Below are positions 27,256 through 40,820 of a stretch of 64,000 nt of DNA, one piece after another. The translations under genes were made by a program, and so were the position numbers. This DNA is from Octopus vulgaris (taxonomy: Eukaryota). Location of the stretch: NCBI GenBank assembly GCA_951406725.2, contig OX597838.1, positions 40,238,001 to 40,302,000 on the forward strand, given 5' to 3'. Under the pieces are notes generated by a model. The model did no database searches and was not told the origin of the DNA. It saw only the letters and a program-made list of their open reading frames with translations. Within the stretch, counting starts at the first letter, position 1. Every line of letters starts with the position of its first letter.

Positions 27256-28472
27256 ATACATACACACATACTTAATACACATGTATGTATGTATGTATGT
27301 ATGTATGTATGTATGTATGTATGTATGTATGTATGTATGTATTTATGTATGTATGTATGTATGTATGTATGTATGTATGTATGTATGTATGTATGTATGT
27401 ATGTATGTATGTAGGTATGTATGTAGGTATGTATGTATTTATGTATGTATGTATGTATGTATGTATGTATGTATGTATGTATGTAGGTATGTATGTATGT
27501 ATGTATGTATTTATGTATGTATGTATGTATGTATGTATGTAGTAGGTAGGTAGGTATGTATGTATGTATGAATGTATTTATGTATATATGTATGTATGTA
27601 TGTATTTATGTATGTATGTATGTATGTATGTATGTATGTATGTATGTATGTATGTATGTATGTATGTATGTATGTATGTATGTATGTATGTATGTATGTA
27701 TGTATGTATGTAGTCTTAATGTCAGTTTTAATTTATTATCCTTCAGACAACGTTTTCTACGACAGAGTTAATTTCAGTAAACAAATGCCAAGAAAACAGT
27801 TATAACTTCACAGGAAAATCTTATTACTCCCATGCTTGACATCTTTCTTTGTGGTTTTCTTATCTTTTTCTTTTTCTTTTTTTTTTTTTGTTTTATTTTC
27901 ATAGCAAGTCTCTACATATCTTAAGCACATATAAATGTACTTTAACGATAGAAAATATTAAAATTACTGTCGTGCTGCGATGATGTTTTAATAATTTCTA
28001 AACAGTTGTCAACCGAACAATTATAATATGCAAATTAGCACACATTACTGTCACTAAAACATGGAGTTTTCTATGAAGCTATTGTGTTGACAGCATGGCG
28101 ACATTGAATAAATAAACGGGTATCTGTTGAAACCTAAATTGCAATTACATACACACCACACCAAAAATCCAAGGTAACTTCATCCATTTATCTTTTCCAA
28201 AGAAAAATATAAGATTAAAACATGCGCATTCATCAGTTATAGTAAGTTCAAACAGAAAATTAAATGCTATGGTGGTCTTTTCTAATATAGGTATAACGTC
28301 TGGAATTTTTGTGGAGAAGAGTTAGTCGATTACATAGAGCCCAGTGTGTAACTGGTACTTTATTTTATTGATCCCGAAAAAGTGAAAGGCAAAGTTGGCT
28401 TCGGTTGAATTTCGACCGAGAACCTAAGAAGCTGTAAAAACTGTATGAACGTATCAGCTAATTTTTTCCGAC

Positions 28473-28563
<91 letters not shown>

Positions 28564-28573
28564 GTAATAATAA

Positions 28574-30400
28574 TCCAGAACCCAGAGCAAATACCTGCCT
28601 GGCTAACCGAAGAAATAACATACCATCTACCAAAAACTGAAAGTACGAAAAATCCGAAGAGCTATCGACCAATAATATGTCTCAGCACCACCTAGAGATC
28701 CTCACATCCATGCTAACTGAAATAATGTACACCATCCTGGAACAGAACTCTCTCTATCCTTCCACAAGCTCAAAAAGGTTGTAAAAGGGATTCTTATGGA
28801 TGCAAAGATCAATTACGCATAAATAAAGATTGAAGAGAACTGCCGGAGCAACAAGAACAACCTCAGTACAGCATAGAAAGACTACAGGAAAGCATTTGAT
28901 AGTGTCCCACATAATTGGCTACTCAAGGTCCTTGAGATATACAAGATCTGTCCTGTCGTCTACAGATTCTGACAAGATAGCATGGCCAAGTGGAATGCAC
29001 GTCTCCTTCTGAACCAAAGTAATAGGATGAGCCTATCTAACAACATCGACATCAAACGAGGCATCTTTCAAGGGGAATCTCTCTCCACATTACTCTTTTG
29101 CATGGCACTGATCCCACTCTCAAACGAACCGAGTATGGATTTAAAGTGTATAATATAGTAAATCACCTGTTTTATATGGACGATCTGAAGCTGTTTGCTA
29201 GAAGTGACCAAGAGCTTGTGGGGCTGTTAACAACTGTTAAAGAGTTCAGCAATGACATCGGGATGGAGTTTGGGCTTGATAAGTGTGCTAAAATAACTGT
29301 TTTAAGAGGAAAGCTGAAGCAAACAGCTTCCATTAAATTAGGTACTGTCACTATCATCAAGGAGCTTGACCCACAAGGAAGCTGTAAATACCTGGGGATA
29401 AACGAAGGAGATGGTATACAACATGCTACCATGAAGGTAAAATAAGAAACGAGTATTATAGGAGAATAAGACTCATACTAGAAACTGAACTCAACTCCAA
29501 AAATAGCCGGAAACCTCTGCATGGACAGTGTATACTTCGAAGTCGAAATACTGATGTGGACCAAGCAACAACCCATCGGTGGCTGAGAAGCTCAGGACTG
29601 AAAGCAGAGACTGAAGGTTTTATATTAGCGACACAAGATCAACGCTTGCTTACAAAAAACTACCAGGCTAACGTTCTTCAAAATTACCCTAAATGCAGAT
29701 TCTTCGATAAATTTGACGAAACAATATACCATCTCGTCTCGGAATGTCCTGAGATGACACCAAACTAATATAAAAATCGCCACGATAGGGTAGGAAATAT
29801 TTACATTGGAAAATATGTAAACACTACAAAATCAGTACTCCTGCTTACTGGTATGAACATCATCCTGAGCCAGTCGCTGAAGGTAAAAATGTCACTATCC
29901 TTCAGGGATTTTCCAGTTACCACTGACAGAACGATCCAGGTTAATCGACCAGACATAGTCATTAAAGACAGAGAAAACAATACTTGTGGACTAATATATG
30001 TGAGTGTTCCCACTGATAAAACTATATCTGTAAAGGAATTTGACAAATTAGGTAAATATTAAGATCTGGAAATTGAAATACAAAAGATGTGTCATTTTAA
30101 AGCGAGAACTGTTCCTATTATTGTAGGTGCCTTAGGTATGATAAGGATATAGATAATATCCCAGGAGAACCATTTCTCAGAGAAATCCAAAAGATTGTGC
30201 TGACAAGTACTGCCCACATCCTTAAAAGTCCCCTATCAATTTAGATGAGTGTTGTATTACATGAAGATATTTCGCTACTGCCCGTCACTTGCTTTCCCCA
30301 AGCTTTCTGTCATGCTGTAATATCTTTTATCCTTCACTCGCCTTAGGACGCTGGTTGTGCCTCGGCGAGTGATTGTAATAAATATTCAGATCAAAAGTAA
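28574..30400 (+). mobile_element. R4/Dong-clade non-LTR retrotransposon fragment (RT plus REL endonuclease), internally deleted
   Basis: DYRKAFDSVPHNW, RGIFQGESLS, NHLFYMDDLKLFA, GLKAETEGFILATQDQ, RHDRV and NRPDIVI motifs; preceded by an AAT/ATT array, followed by (GAA)n. Confidence 0.9.
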
Positions 30401-30462
30401 AGAAGAAGAAGAAGAAGAAGAAGAAGAAGAAGAAGAAGAAGAAGAAGAAGAAGAAGAAGAAG

Positions 30463-30493
<31 letters not shown>

Positions 30494-30494
30494 T

Positions 30495-31900
30495 TGACCT
30501 TTTAAAATGTGCGTTGATAGTGATGTGACGAGGTAAGTTTGTCAGAACAGAAGGCGTACATATATGTCAACTGGTGAAATGATGAAGGCAATTGAGCCTG
30601 AATCTGGATGTAGATACCTTGTAATACTTTTTGAGCAGGTAGAATTAAGCATTATATTGTGAAATACAAAACAAAAGAAAAGAAAAAGAAAGATCTGAGA
30701 AGAATTCTGAAGTCAAAGTTGAATGCTAGAAACGTAGTTTTGGCAATAAACTCGCGCGCTGCCGCTTTGCTTCGGTTTGAGGTAGGAATTGTTAGGCGGA
30801 GAGATGAGGATGAGCCGAGGCAGTTGGACAGGAAGACAAAAACGTCCCTAACAATGGATAGAGCTTATTATTCTCATGCAGGCTCTGATCGCCCATACAT
30901 TAAGAGAGCAAATAGAGGCAGGAGAGTGATAAGTGTGGAAAACTGCGGGCATATTGAACTTGGGAACTTGCTGGAATACCTATCCCAAAGAGAGAAAACC
31001 TTGCTAGGGGCAGATAGAGATGCGGGTAGATTGAAAAAAAAAGAATAAAACAAGAAATACAAGAAGAATGTGAAGAACTACGCAACAAGGGACTTAATAA
31101 TCAATTCCATATAGCTACAACTGAAGTTGCTGGAGAACATGGTAGAGACTGGGTGAAGAAAGGAACACCCCAAAAATAGACACCATTCTGGCAGGTAAGA
31201 CCAAGCTTTGGCCACAAATTGAAGGGTCAGATTAGAAATGAACAAGTGTTTCCACTGTGCTGAATATGTAATAGAGATGACGAAAGCATTGTCCATATCG
31301 TAAAGGAATGCTCTTAGACTTGCCCAGAATTATTATAAGTTGTGGCGGCGCTATGAGGTAGCGAAAGTGCTACATTGGAAACTATGAAAAGTGGGGTTTA
31401 GAGAGAGAGAGGCAAGACATGGTAGGAGCACAAACCGCAGAGAGTGGCGGAGTCAGAGACCTTCAAAAGATGGTGGGATTTCAACCAAGTGCTTAAGCAC
31501 AAGCCGAACTTAATGATGATGGACAAAGTGAGCGTCCTGCGCTCTATCATTGACGCTGCGTGCTCCTTTGACCCATGAACAGTCAAGGAGAAACGCGAAA
31601 AAAAAAAACGACATACAATCCTCTTAAATACGAGATAGCCCGACTATAGAAAATAAAGAAGGTAAAGATAGTGCCAATTATTTTTGGGTCCTCGGGGTTA
31701 GTATCAGAAGGCATCAAGCGGAATAGAAAGGAAATTGGAATAAAGTACCCAATAGTGTTGTTACGGAAGCTTTGCCTCCTTGGCACGGCCAGAAAACTGG
31801 TTGAAAAGAACAGATACCATGGTACCGTAGGATGCAGGTAGCAAGCCCGCTACCTATACAAGACTCCAAGAGTTCCAACGAAACCTGAGTTAAAGAACAA
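30495..31900 (+). mobile_element. Older R4/Dong-clade fragment
   Basis: RRILKSKLNARNVVLAIN, LDRKTK, GRRVISVE, KPNLMMMDK and LLRKLCLLGTA peptides; many stops. Confidence 0.8.
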
Positions 31901-32611
31901 TATTATTGATGATGATTATGGAGAGGTAGATGAGTAATGGAACGAGGAAAGCTCCACGAAATATGAGAGTACATGGTATGGTGAGGGGAACTGAAATAAT
32001 TATATAGAACAGCTATTTCAATTCAAACACATCACCGTTTAAACCGATCGGAATATGATATATCTCACATGCACTTGAAGGAAAAAGCCGTCTGCGTAGA
32101 GATATTAAGTATGTAGTAAACACGCTGTGTCTTGAAAAACTATTTAAAAGCAAACACATGCAGACTGATTGATGCAACAATGCATCAGGAAAAGCTAAAG
32201 CCAAAATATATTTTCTCTCGTTGTATAAGGGAACAATATATAAGCAAACTAGGAAGCTGGTTTATACAAAAGAATGTGGTTTTAGATAAGGAAACAAAGC
32301 AAAGAAAAATGTAAAAGCAAAACAAAGGGGAAAAGGATAAAAATCATAGTTGAAAAGCAAAAGAAAAAAAATCAAGAGAAAGAACAAAACCCCTTCCTCC
32401 GCCAGAGTCAGTGTATTCAGGGAGAAAGTGGACTAATATGCAATGGAACAATGGTTAAAAAGCTCGAGAATAAACAGATGAATGCCTAAACACAAGATCA
32501 ATGCCTGGTCCAAACATTTACTACTTAATGGAGTAACAAGAGGTTAATGACACTACACAGACTTCAGCCTATAAAAATCATCTTAAAGAATAGATCATAT
32601 CATCATCATCG

Positions 32612-32715
<104 letters not shown>

Positions 32716-32748
32716 GTTATTATTATTATTATTATAATTATTCAGTAG

Positions 32749-32812
<64 letters not shown>

Positions 32813-32815
<3 letters not shown>

Positions 32816-35487
32816 CGTAGTTTTATTTTTATATCGTGCTTTCACTTCACTACCGAGCACAGCTCTGTGTGCCTTGGGTATGTGCTGTGATTTGTTGTGA
32901 TGCTCTGATGGTTATTGTATGGAAAGTGTTCTGCGTAGGATGTGTGCAGTGCCTAGTAGTGCAATTTTCTGTATGTTATATGTGTTTGTAAGTCCTGGTG
33001 TTTTTATCATGCCTATGATAGGAGTTGTTTCTGTTTTTAGATTCCACATTCTGGTTACCTCTATTTCCAGGTCTTTGTATTTTGAAAGTTTCTCCATTTC
33101 TTTTAGAGACAGGTTGTCATCTGCTGGTATTGATACATCAATTAGAAAGCATGTTTTTTTCTTCATGATCTCTGACAACTATATCTGGTCTGTTGGCCTT
33201 AATTTCTCTATCTGTGTGAATCGGCATATCCCAGAGTATGGTTGCTTTCTCGTTTTCTGTGACCTTTTCTGGTGTGTGCCTATACCATCTTTTTTTCTGT
33301 TGTTATTCCATAATGTTGGCATAGTTTCCAGTGTATGTAGGTCCCAACTCTGTCATGTCTGTGAATATATTCTTTCTTAGCCAGGACTGGGCAGCCAGAG
33401 ATAATATGATTTATTGTTTCTTGTCCATCTCCACATATTCTGCAGTTACTTGTTATATTTCTTTTCATTACATGTTTTTGGTAATTTCTGGTGGGGAGGC
33501 TTTGGTCTTGTGCTGCAATTAAAAATCCTTCTGTCTCTGCTTTGAGTCCTGAGCTTCTCAAGCATTGCTCAGATTTTTCTTTGTCTATTTCTTTTGCATT
33601 TAGTTTAGTCTAGTATTTACCATGAAAGGGCTTTTCTTGCCATCGTTTTATCATGGTTCTTTGCTGTTCTAGTTCTAGTTTGGATTTCATTTGTTTTAAA
33701 GCTTTTGTTGTTTCTTCTTCTTCTTCTTCTTCTTCTTCTTCTTCTTCTTCTTCTTCTTCTTCTTCTTCTTCTTCTTCTTCTTCTTCTTCTTCTTCTTCTT
33801 CTTCTTCATATTTGTTAGGTGGTATGATTTCTTGTTTGTATTTGTCAGCTTCCTTAAATACCGAGAACAGTTTTTTGTTTTGCTCGTGTTTTGCCGCTAT
33901 CTGGATCAGTTTTCCTTCCTTCTGAAGTAGATATTTTTGCAGTCCTATGGTGGTTATTTTATAGTAGTTTTCCAGCTGTATAAGGCCTCTACCACCTTCT
34001 ATACGTTGTATATATAGTCTTTCTATGTCAGATTTTGGGTGATGCCTCCTAGATCCTGTCATTATTTTTTTTGTTTTCCTATCTATTTTGGTCAGTTCAT
34101 TTAGTGTCCAGTTAAGGATATTGTAGCTGTAACTTATAACTGGGACAGCTAAAGTGTTAATACCTATTATCTTGTTTATAGCATTGAGCTCTGTTTTTAG
34201 TATTGATCTAACTCGTCTATAATATTCTTTTTTTATTTTCTCTTTCATTTGTGTGTGTTGTGTCTTATCTAGTTCATGGATTCCTAAGTATTTGTAAGTT
34301 TGGCTTTGGTCTAATTCTTTTATTTCATTGGTTTTATCTAGTGTGATGTTGCTACTCTTAACTAGTTTTCCTCTTTTCAGGGTTACTTTGGCGCATTTTC
34401 TAATCTAAATTTCATATCTATTTCTTTGGTAAACCCATGATTTACCAAAGAAACAGTCTTTAATAGTGTTTCCAGCTGTTTGTCATTTGCAGCGTATAGT
34501 TTTAGGTCATCCATATATAAAAGGTGGCTGATCGTTTTGCCGTAACATTTATATCCGCATCCGGTTCTATTTAGCATAGATAGAGGTGACAGTGCCAAGC
34601 AGAAAAGGAGTGGAGCGTATCTCCCTGGAATATTCCTCTTCTAATGGGGATGGCTTTGGTTTTCATGAGTCCCTGTTTTGTTTGGAGCTGTAGCACTGTT
34701 TGCCATTTATTCATAGAGTGTCCTATGAATTTTATAATTGTTGGTGCTACTTTGTTAATGGCTTGTGTTTCGAGGATCCATGTGTGGGGGATGCTATCAA
34801 ACGCCTTTTTGTAGTCGATCCTGGCCATACTGAGGCCTTTCTTCTTTCTGTGGCTGTCTTCAGTTATGGCTGTATTGATCATTAGTTGATCTTTACAGCC
34901 ATATGAGCCTTTGCGGCATCTTTTCTGCTCTTCTGGAAACAGGTTGTTTTCGTCCAGAAGCGTGTTCAATCTTTGCGATATTACTGCAGTAAATGCTTTG
35001 TATATTGTAGGGAGACAGGTTATAGGTCTGTAGTTTTCTGGTTTTGCTGTCTCATTTGATTTGGGAATTAAGATGGTTTTCCCCTTCGTGAGCCATTCAG
35101 GCATTGTCTCTGGCTCTGCTAGTATGTTGTTAAAGTTTTCAGCCAGCTTTTTGTGCATTCCTGTTAGATATTCCTGTTGCTTAGTCTTTGCAGTGCCCGG
35201 GTGACTTCTTCAGTTGTTATGGGGGTCCAAAGTTGCTCAGATGCTGAGTTTGTTGTTTTAATACTCCTTTTTTTTGGTTGTTCGTTCGCCGACCATATTT
35301 CTCTCCAGAATTCTTCCACTTCTTCTGCCGTTGGTGCTGCAGTGATTTCTATTTTATTTTTGCCAAGTTCTTGGTAGAAGTTTTTGGGGTTGGAGTTGAA
35401 CTTTTTGTTTTGTTCAAAGAAACGGTGGCGTTTCTCGTACCGGCGAATCCTTTGTGCTTTGGCAAAGATATCTTGCTTTAGCTTTTC

Positions 35488-35489
<2 letters not shown>
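32813..35489 (-). mobile_element. R4/Dong-clade non-LTR retrotransposon, 5'-truncated, flanked on both sides by (TAA)n
   Basis: PENYRPITCL, DYKKAFDSIPH, RGIFQGD, HLLYMDDLKLYA, GGRGLIQLE, CRICGDGQETINHIISGC..YIHRHD and IDVSIP..EKLSKYKDL in consecutive frameshifted ORFs. Confidence 0.95.
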
Positions 35490-35558
<69 letters not shown>

Positions 35559-35560
35559 CA

Positions 35561-35877
<317 letters not shown>

Positions 35878-36169
35878 TATCATTTCCTTGTTATACAGGT
35901 TGAATATAAGTCAATGAGATGGATAGTTGTTAGAAATATTTGCCACACAAATTCTTTGAGATCTTTAGTGTTATACTTTGGTATACATAAGTATGCCAAT
36001 GTCGGTATTCCGAGATGGAGACGATCTTACAAATCACCCACAACCGTCATCCCCACCATGAAACTAAATATCTATAATTCTAAGATTTCTGATCGATCTA
36101 TCGATGAATTGCGATGGCTGAAGTATCACATGGAAGGGGGAAAATCCCAGTCAGTCGTCACTGGCAACC

Positions 36170-36483
36170 GTGTATAGGATAGTAAGATGTATCACACTTA
36201 CTGTAATTGTTTTAGAGGTCAATATAGTTGCAAGCAGACCCAGGCACCTTTGCGACCCCGTCACCCTTGATCAAGTGGAACATTCAGGATATGCCTGTTG
36301 GAGGAGAGAAGCCTGCGCCAACCCCGTAGCGGATACTCATTTACAACTCAGTAGACTGGAACAACGCGAAATAAGTTGCCTTGTCCAAGAATAAAACGCG
36401 ACAGCCTGTCTAAGAAATGAACCCACGAACTTATGATCGTCAACCGGTCACAGTACCTAATAAGACACTTGCCTCACCTCCAC
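36170..36483 (-). mobile_element. Old tRNA-headed SINE
   Basis: Minus strand starts gtggagg..., degenerate B box gggttcatttc, core ttcttggacaaggcaactta...tgtaaatgagta. Confidence 0.5.
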
Positions 36484-36754
36484 AGAAAGTTAGCCGTACG
36501 GTTTCAAACTACAAGCACATAGAAATGGAAATAAACAATAAATTATAATATAACCCTTTCTACTATAGGCTCAAGGCCTGAATTTAGATGGGAGTAAAGC
36601 AATTGATTAGGTCGATATATATCTTTAGTATCTCTTTCGCTGTCTTCGGCGCTTTGACATTTTGAGAACCCATTTCTCGTCACCTGTCACTACTATTCGT
36701 GAGATGTGACAGCAAAGAAGAGCACACATTCACTTTCTGCGCGCGATTAAACTC

Positions 36755-37090
36755 GGAAAGTTTGTGAGGAATCCATTGATCCAATTTGCTGACTTTTCCG
36801 ATGACACGCAGTTGTCGAGGAATAGTTGGATGACCAAATCCAAGCTAGTTCCTCAAAAGTTACGATGAGATTTTTCTCCACCAGCGTTCTACAGATCTTC
36901 CGGGACGAAACAAGTCTTCTAGGCTGTAGTTTCAGGCTCGGAATTTCTGGCACCACCGTTGATATTGGCTGACGCTTATTGTCCGATCCCCATATATTAG
37001 ATTAATATTCCTTGCACTTTCCGCTGCATTGTTGCCTTTATTGAACTCATAAAGGAAAATAAGCCCAATATACTCCTATGTGACATCCAT
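36755..37090 (-). mobile_element. Mariner transposase N-terminal pseudogene fragment
   Basis: IFLYEFNKGNNAAESARNINLIYG...QRWCQKFRA..SLED..RPGRS...WIPHKL. Confidence 0.85.
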
Positions 37091-37217
37091 TATAGCTTTG
37101 AAAAATAAGTGTTAAAATCGAACCGCGGTCTTCAAAATTTGTACTAAGAATCAGGCCAAAGCAAAATTACTTCCCGTTCATGCAACTGAAAAAACTGCAT
37201 TATTTATGATGTGACAC

Positions 37218-37281
<64 letters not shown>

Positions 37282-38342
37282 CAATATTATATATACACCA
37301 TACAATCTTCCAAAACTAGAAATCCTTAATCAAATATTGTCTTAGCCATCGTCTGACAACCAGTGGAAACAATCATACAACATCAATATTGGTTACACTG
37401 CAAACAACTAAACACCACAGATCAATATCCCTTTAACAAGTTCATCCTTACGAGAGTGAAGGACAATTCAAAACAAAGAAACCAGAAGATTCACATACAA
37501 CAAACATTCAAACATATATTTCCATCATTAGTTGCCCAACGAATATCATTGTGATTTCTACACCTGCGAAGTCCCGTTCAACTCAGCAGTGTCAGTGGCG
37601 TTAAAAACAACTGCTACCTGTGTCAAATCTACAGCCACAAACATAAATAAAAAAAAATAGTGCCCACAAAACAAATAAATATCTTCAGAAAGGACATTGT
37701 TTCCTAAAAACTATGGAACCAAGAAATGTGTGTGTGTGTGTGTGTGTGTGTGCGTGCGTATATATTTATGTGCGTGCGTGCATGCTTGTGTGCGTGCGTG
37801 TGTGTACCACCCCACCCCACTTGACTGCCAGTGCTGGTTTATTTACGTCCCTCTAACTTGAGTTGTTCGAAAAAAGACTAAAGGATAGAATAAGTACCAA
37901 ATATGTACTGGGGTCGATTCGATCAACTAAACAATGCAAGATGGAGCCCCCGCATGGCTGCAGTCGTATAAGTGAAACAAGTCAACGAGTAAAGGAATAT
38001 AATGACAACATAGAATTGCACGATTTTTAATTCACGTGACATCGTCGATAAAAATGGACTACAAATAAAAAATAAAGATTAAATATTGGTTTTATTCTCA
38101 ATTGAAATATTTGTGGGGAAAGGGAACGGGTTTTTCTTTTAGAAAACATGTTTTTTTTATTTAATGGTTTAATTCTGCCATCAAACCAGTTATCTCTAAA
38201 CACGATGAAATTATGTTGATCTGCAAAACTTGCATTAGTGTTCAGTCGTATCTACACACGAGGCGGAAATGCCACCATTGTGAATATTCCCTCGTGCCTG
38301 TTGTAACTGATGAGGTGAAACGTAGTAACAGTTCGGGATTAT

Positions 38343-38398
<56 letters not shown>

Positions 38399-38640
38399 AG
38401 AGAGAGAGAAAGAGAAGCTGGAGGGGGAGAGTAACTAAGAGTTAGTCTTTCATGCATCACTGGACTCTAGTAAGTTATGAAGTAGTCAGATGAAGAGAAA
38501 GAGGGGAGAAAGAGAAAGTGAGAGAAAAAGAGAGAGTATAAGAGAGAATGAAAGAATGAAAGGCGCGCACACACGCATATATATATCTGTGTGTAACAGA
38601 TATAGATAAGTATGTATGCAGTAACATATATATGTAAGTA

Positions 38641-38712
<72 letters not shown>

Positions 38713-38722
38713 GTGTGCGTGT

Positions 38723-38940
38723 GTGGAGGCGCGTGGTTTAGTAGTAAAGATTCATGATCGTACGATTGTGGCTTCGATTCCTGGACCAGGCGATGCGGCG
38801 TGTTCTTTCACGTTGCTCATCCCACTCAACTGGCAAAAATGAGTAACCCGCAACGGATCAGCGTCTCGTCCTGGTCGGAAATATATACGCCACTGAAACC
38901 GGGAAACCCGTCCTTATGAGTCTGGCATGGCTCGAGAAGG
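38723..38940 (+). mobile_element. Diverged SINE with family-C-like tRNA head and a different body
   Basis: gtggaggcgcgtggtttagtag...ggcttcgattcctggacc head. Confidence 0.6.
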
Positions 38941-38947
38941 CCCTATG

Positions 38948-39017
<70 letters not shown>

Positions 39018-39212
39018 GAAATATGTTACAAAAAGAAAATATAAAATACACGTGGAAATGTAAGGGGAAAATATGAAAAATCAACGAAAATGCATATTGT
39101 AAATAAAAAAAGAAAAGGCTTCTTATGAAAGGTAACGACAGATATATACATTTAGATGGACTGAAGTAATCATAAAAATCATTATTATGAGATGATTAAA
39201 AAGTCAGAAAGA

Positions 39213-39252
39213 AAAGCATACCATGGTTTCGTCATAAGCTATTCATTGTTTT
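39213..39252 (-). ncRNA. Hammerhead-like motif with A3-U8 core, downstream of the PLE ORF
   Basis: aaaaca ATGAATA gcttatgac GAAA ccatgg TA tgcttt. Confidence 0.5.
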
Positions 39253-39419
39253 GAATAAACACCGGCTAATGAACGGTGTCAGGTCTAATAGTTCCTGAGT
39301 AAAAAGAATATTTGTAAGGGAGGTAAGTAGTTCTGGATTTAGTGCAGTTGGGTTAGATATAGAATTGTAATGTGAATGGTGTAGGGAGTGTACAGGGGTT
39401 AGTAGTGTTAATTGAAGGG

Positions 39420-40222
39420 TTAGTGGTGTTCTGTATTAAGTTGTGTGTTCATATTTAGTTGGGGAAGATATTTATTGATGAAAATTGCCTCTTTATTTAA
39501 CCTTTGTTGCATTGAGGTGTTCTGTGAACATTGATAGAAGGGGAAGATTTGGAAATAAGGATTAAGATTCCTGACACACCTCTCTATGTGTTCACTAACC
39601 TGTAACTGTCTGTATTGTGGGTGGCAAATTTGTTCTTTATGGATGGTGGTTCTTCGATGGAGTGATATTCCTGTTTGTCCAATATAGTGGTTACCACATC
39701 CTAAGCATGTCATGGCATAGAGCAGATTTTCCGAGGCGCAGGTGAAATTTGATTTGATCTTAAATATTTCTCCTTGTTAGAAGTGAAATTCTGAACCCTC
39801 CAAAAGGTGGGGGCATGTTACACAGTTAGGACGACCACATTTTTTCACTTTTGGCTCTGTTGTTAGTGGATATAGTCTTACGCTGGTAAATATTTTTTTC
39901 AGTGACTTCGGTTGCTTTTTGATTTTTATAATTTTCTATGAGCTTAAAATTTCGTTCATTGTTTTGTCTACTGTGAGGATGGGAAGATTTTGGGCGATAA
40001 TGTTGAAGGCTTCGTTGTTTCTAGGGTTATGTGTGGAAACGTACGGGAGTATTTTTAAGTCTGGTTTGGTATTTCGGCTGGCTTGCCTTAATATTTGTAT
40101 ATCTATTTCCTTAGCTCTTTTAATGCCATCATTTATTAATGAGCTTGTGTAATGTCTTTTAGTTAGTGTTGATCTAAGTTCAAGGAGTCTTTGTTCACGA
40201 GTATATGTATCCGAAACTATGG
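39420..40222 (-). mobile_element. Penelope-like element fragment: RT thumb, Cys-rich linker and GIY-YIG endonuclease (Neptune-like)
   Basis: IVSD..REQRLLEL; LPYVSTHNP; KCGRPNCVTC; FTCASENLLYAMTCLGCGNHYIGQT..RTTIH; RLNKEAIFINKYLPQLN; contains stops. Confidence 0.9.
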
Positions 40223-40240
40223 TACAATATATATATGCAT

Positions 40241-40307
<67 letters not shown>

Positions 40308-40359
40308 AAATTAAAAAAGGAAAATACGCACACTTACATGGTTTTAATATAATTTTTAA

Positions 40360-40397
40360 TATATCGACCGGGTTTCGCTCTCGCTATTCATGATATA
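40360..40397 (-). ncRNA. Minimal hammerhead-like motif with A3-U8 core
   Basis: tatatc ATGAATA gc GAGA gc GAAA cccgg TC gatata. Confidence 0.65.
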
Positions 40398-40404
40398 ATG
40401 TTTA

Positions 40405-40454
<50 letters not shown>

Positions 40455-40552
40455 TCATTGATTTGGTTCTCATTCTGCCTCATTGTTGTATTTGGGGATG
40501 GTCATTTTTGCCAATTAACCACATGCATTATATACTTGGTCTTCACTTCAGC

Positions 40553-40591
<39 letters not shown>

Positions 40592-40782
40592 GTTGTTGTT
40601 GTTTTTATTGTGTTCTTTGCCTGAAACCTTTCCTCACACATCCTGTGACCTCTTCAACCACTCTCCATCTTATGTCTCTTCTTGTTTTGTTTAGACCACT
40701 CTGCCTTGCTGTAGTGTGTATTCTTAGTTGTGATGTATCTGTCTGTATCTCTGTGTATGTGTCTGAGAGAGAGAGAGAGAGA

Positions 40783-40820
<38 letters not shown>

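Noticed and set aside
38299-38332. ctgatgaggtgaaacgtagta hammerhead-like string
   Set aside because: No helix II, and helix I is out of register.
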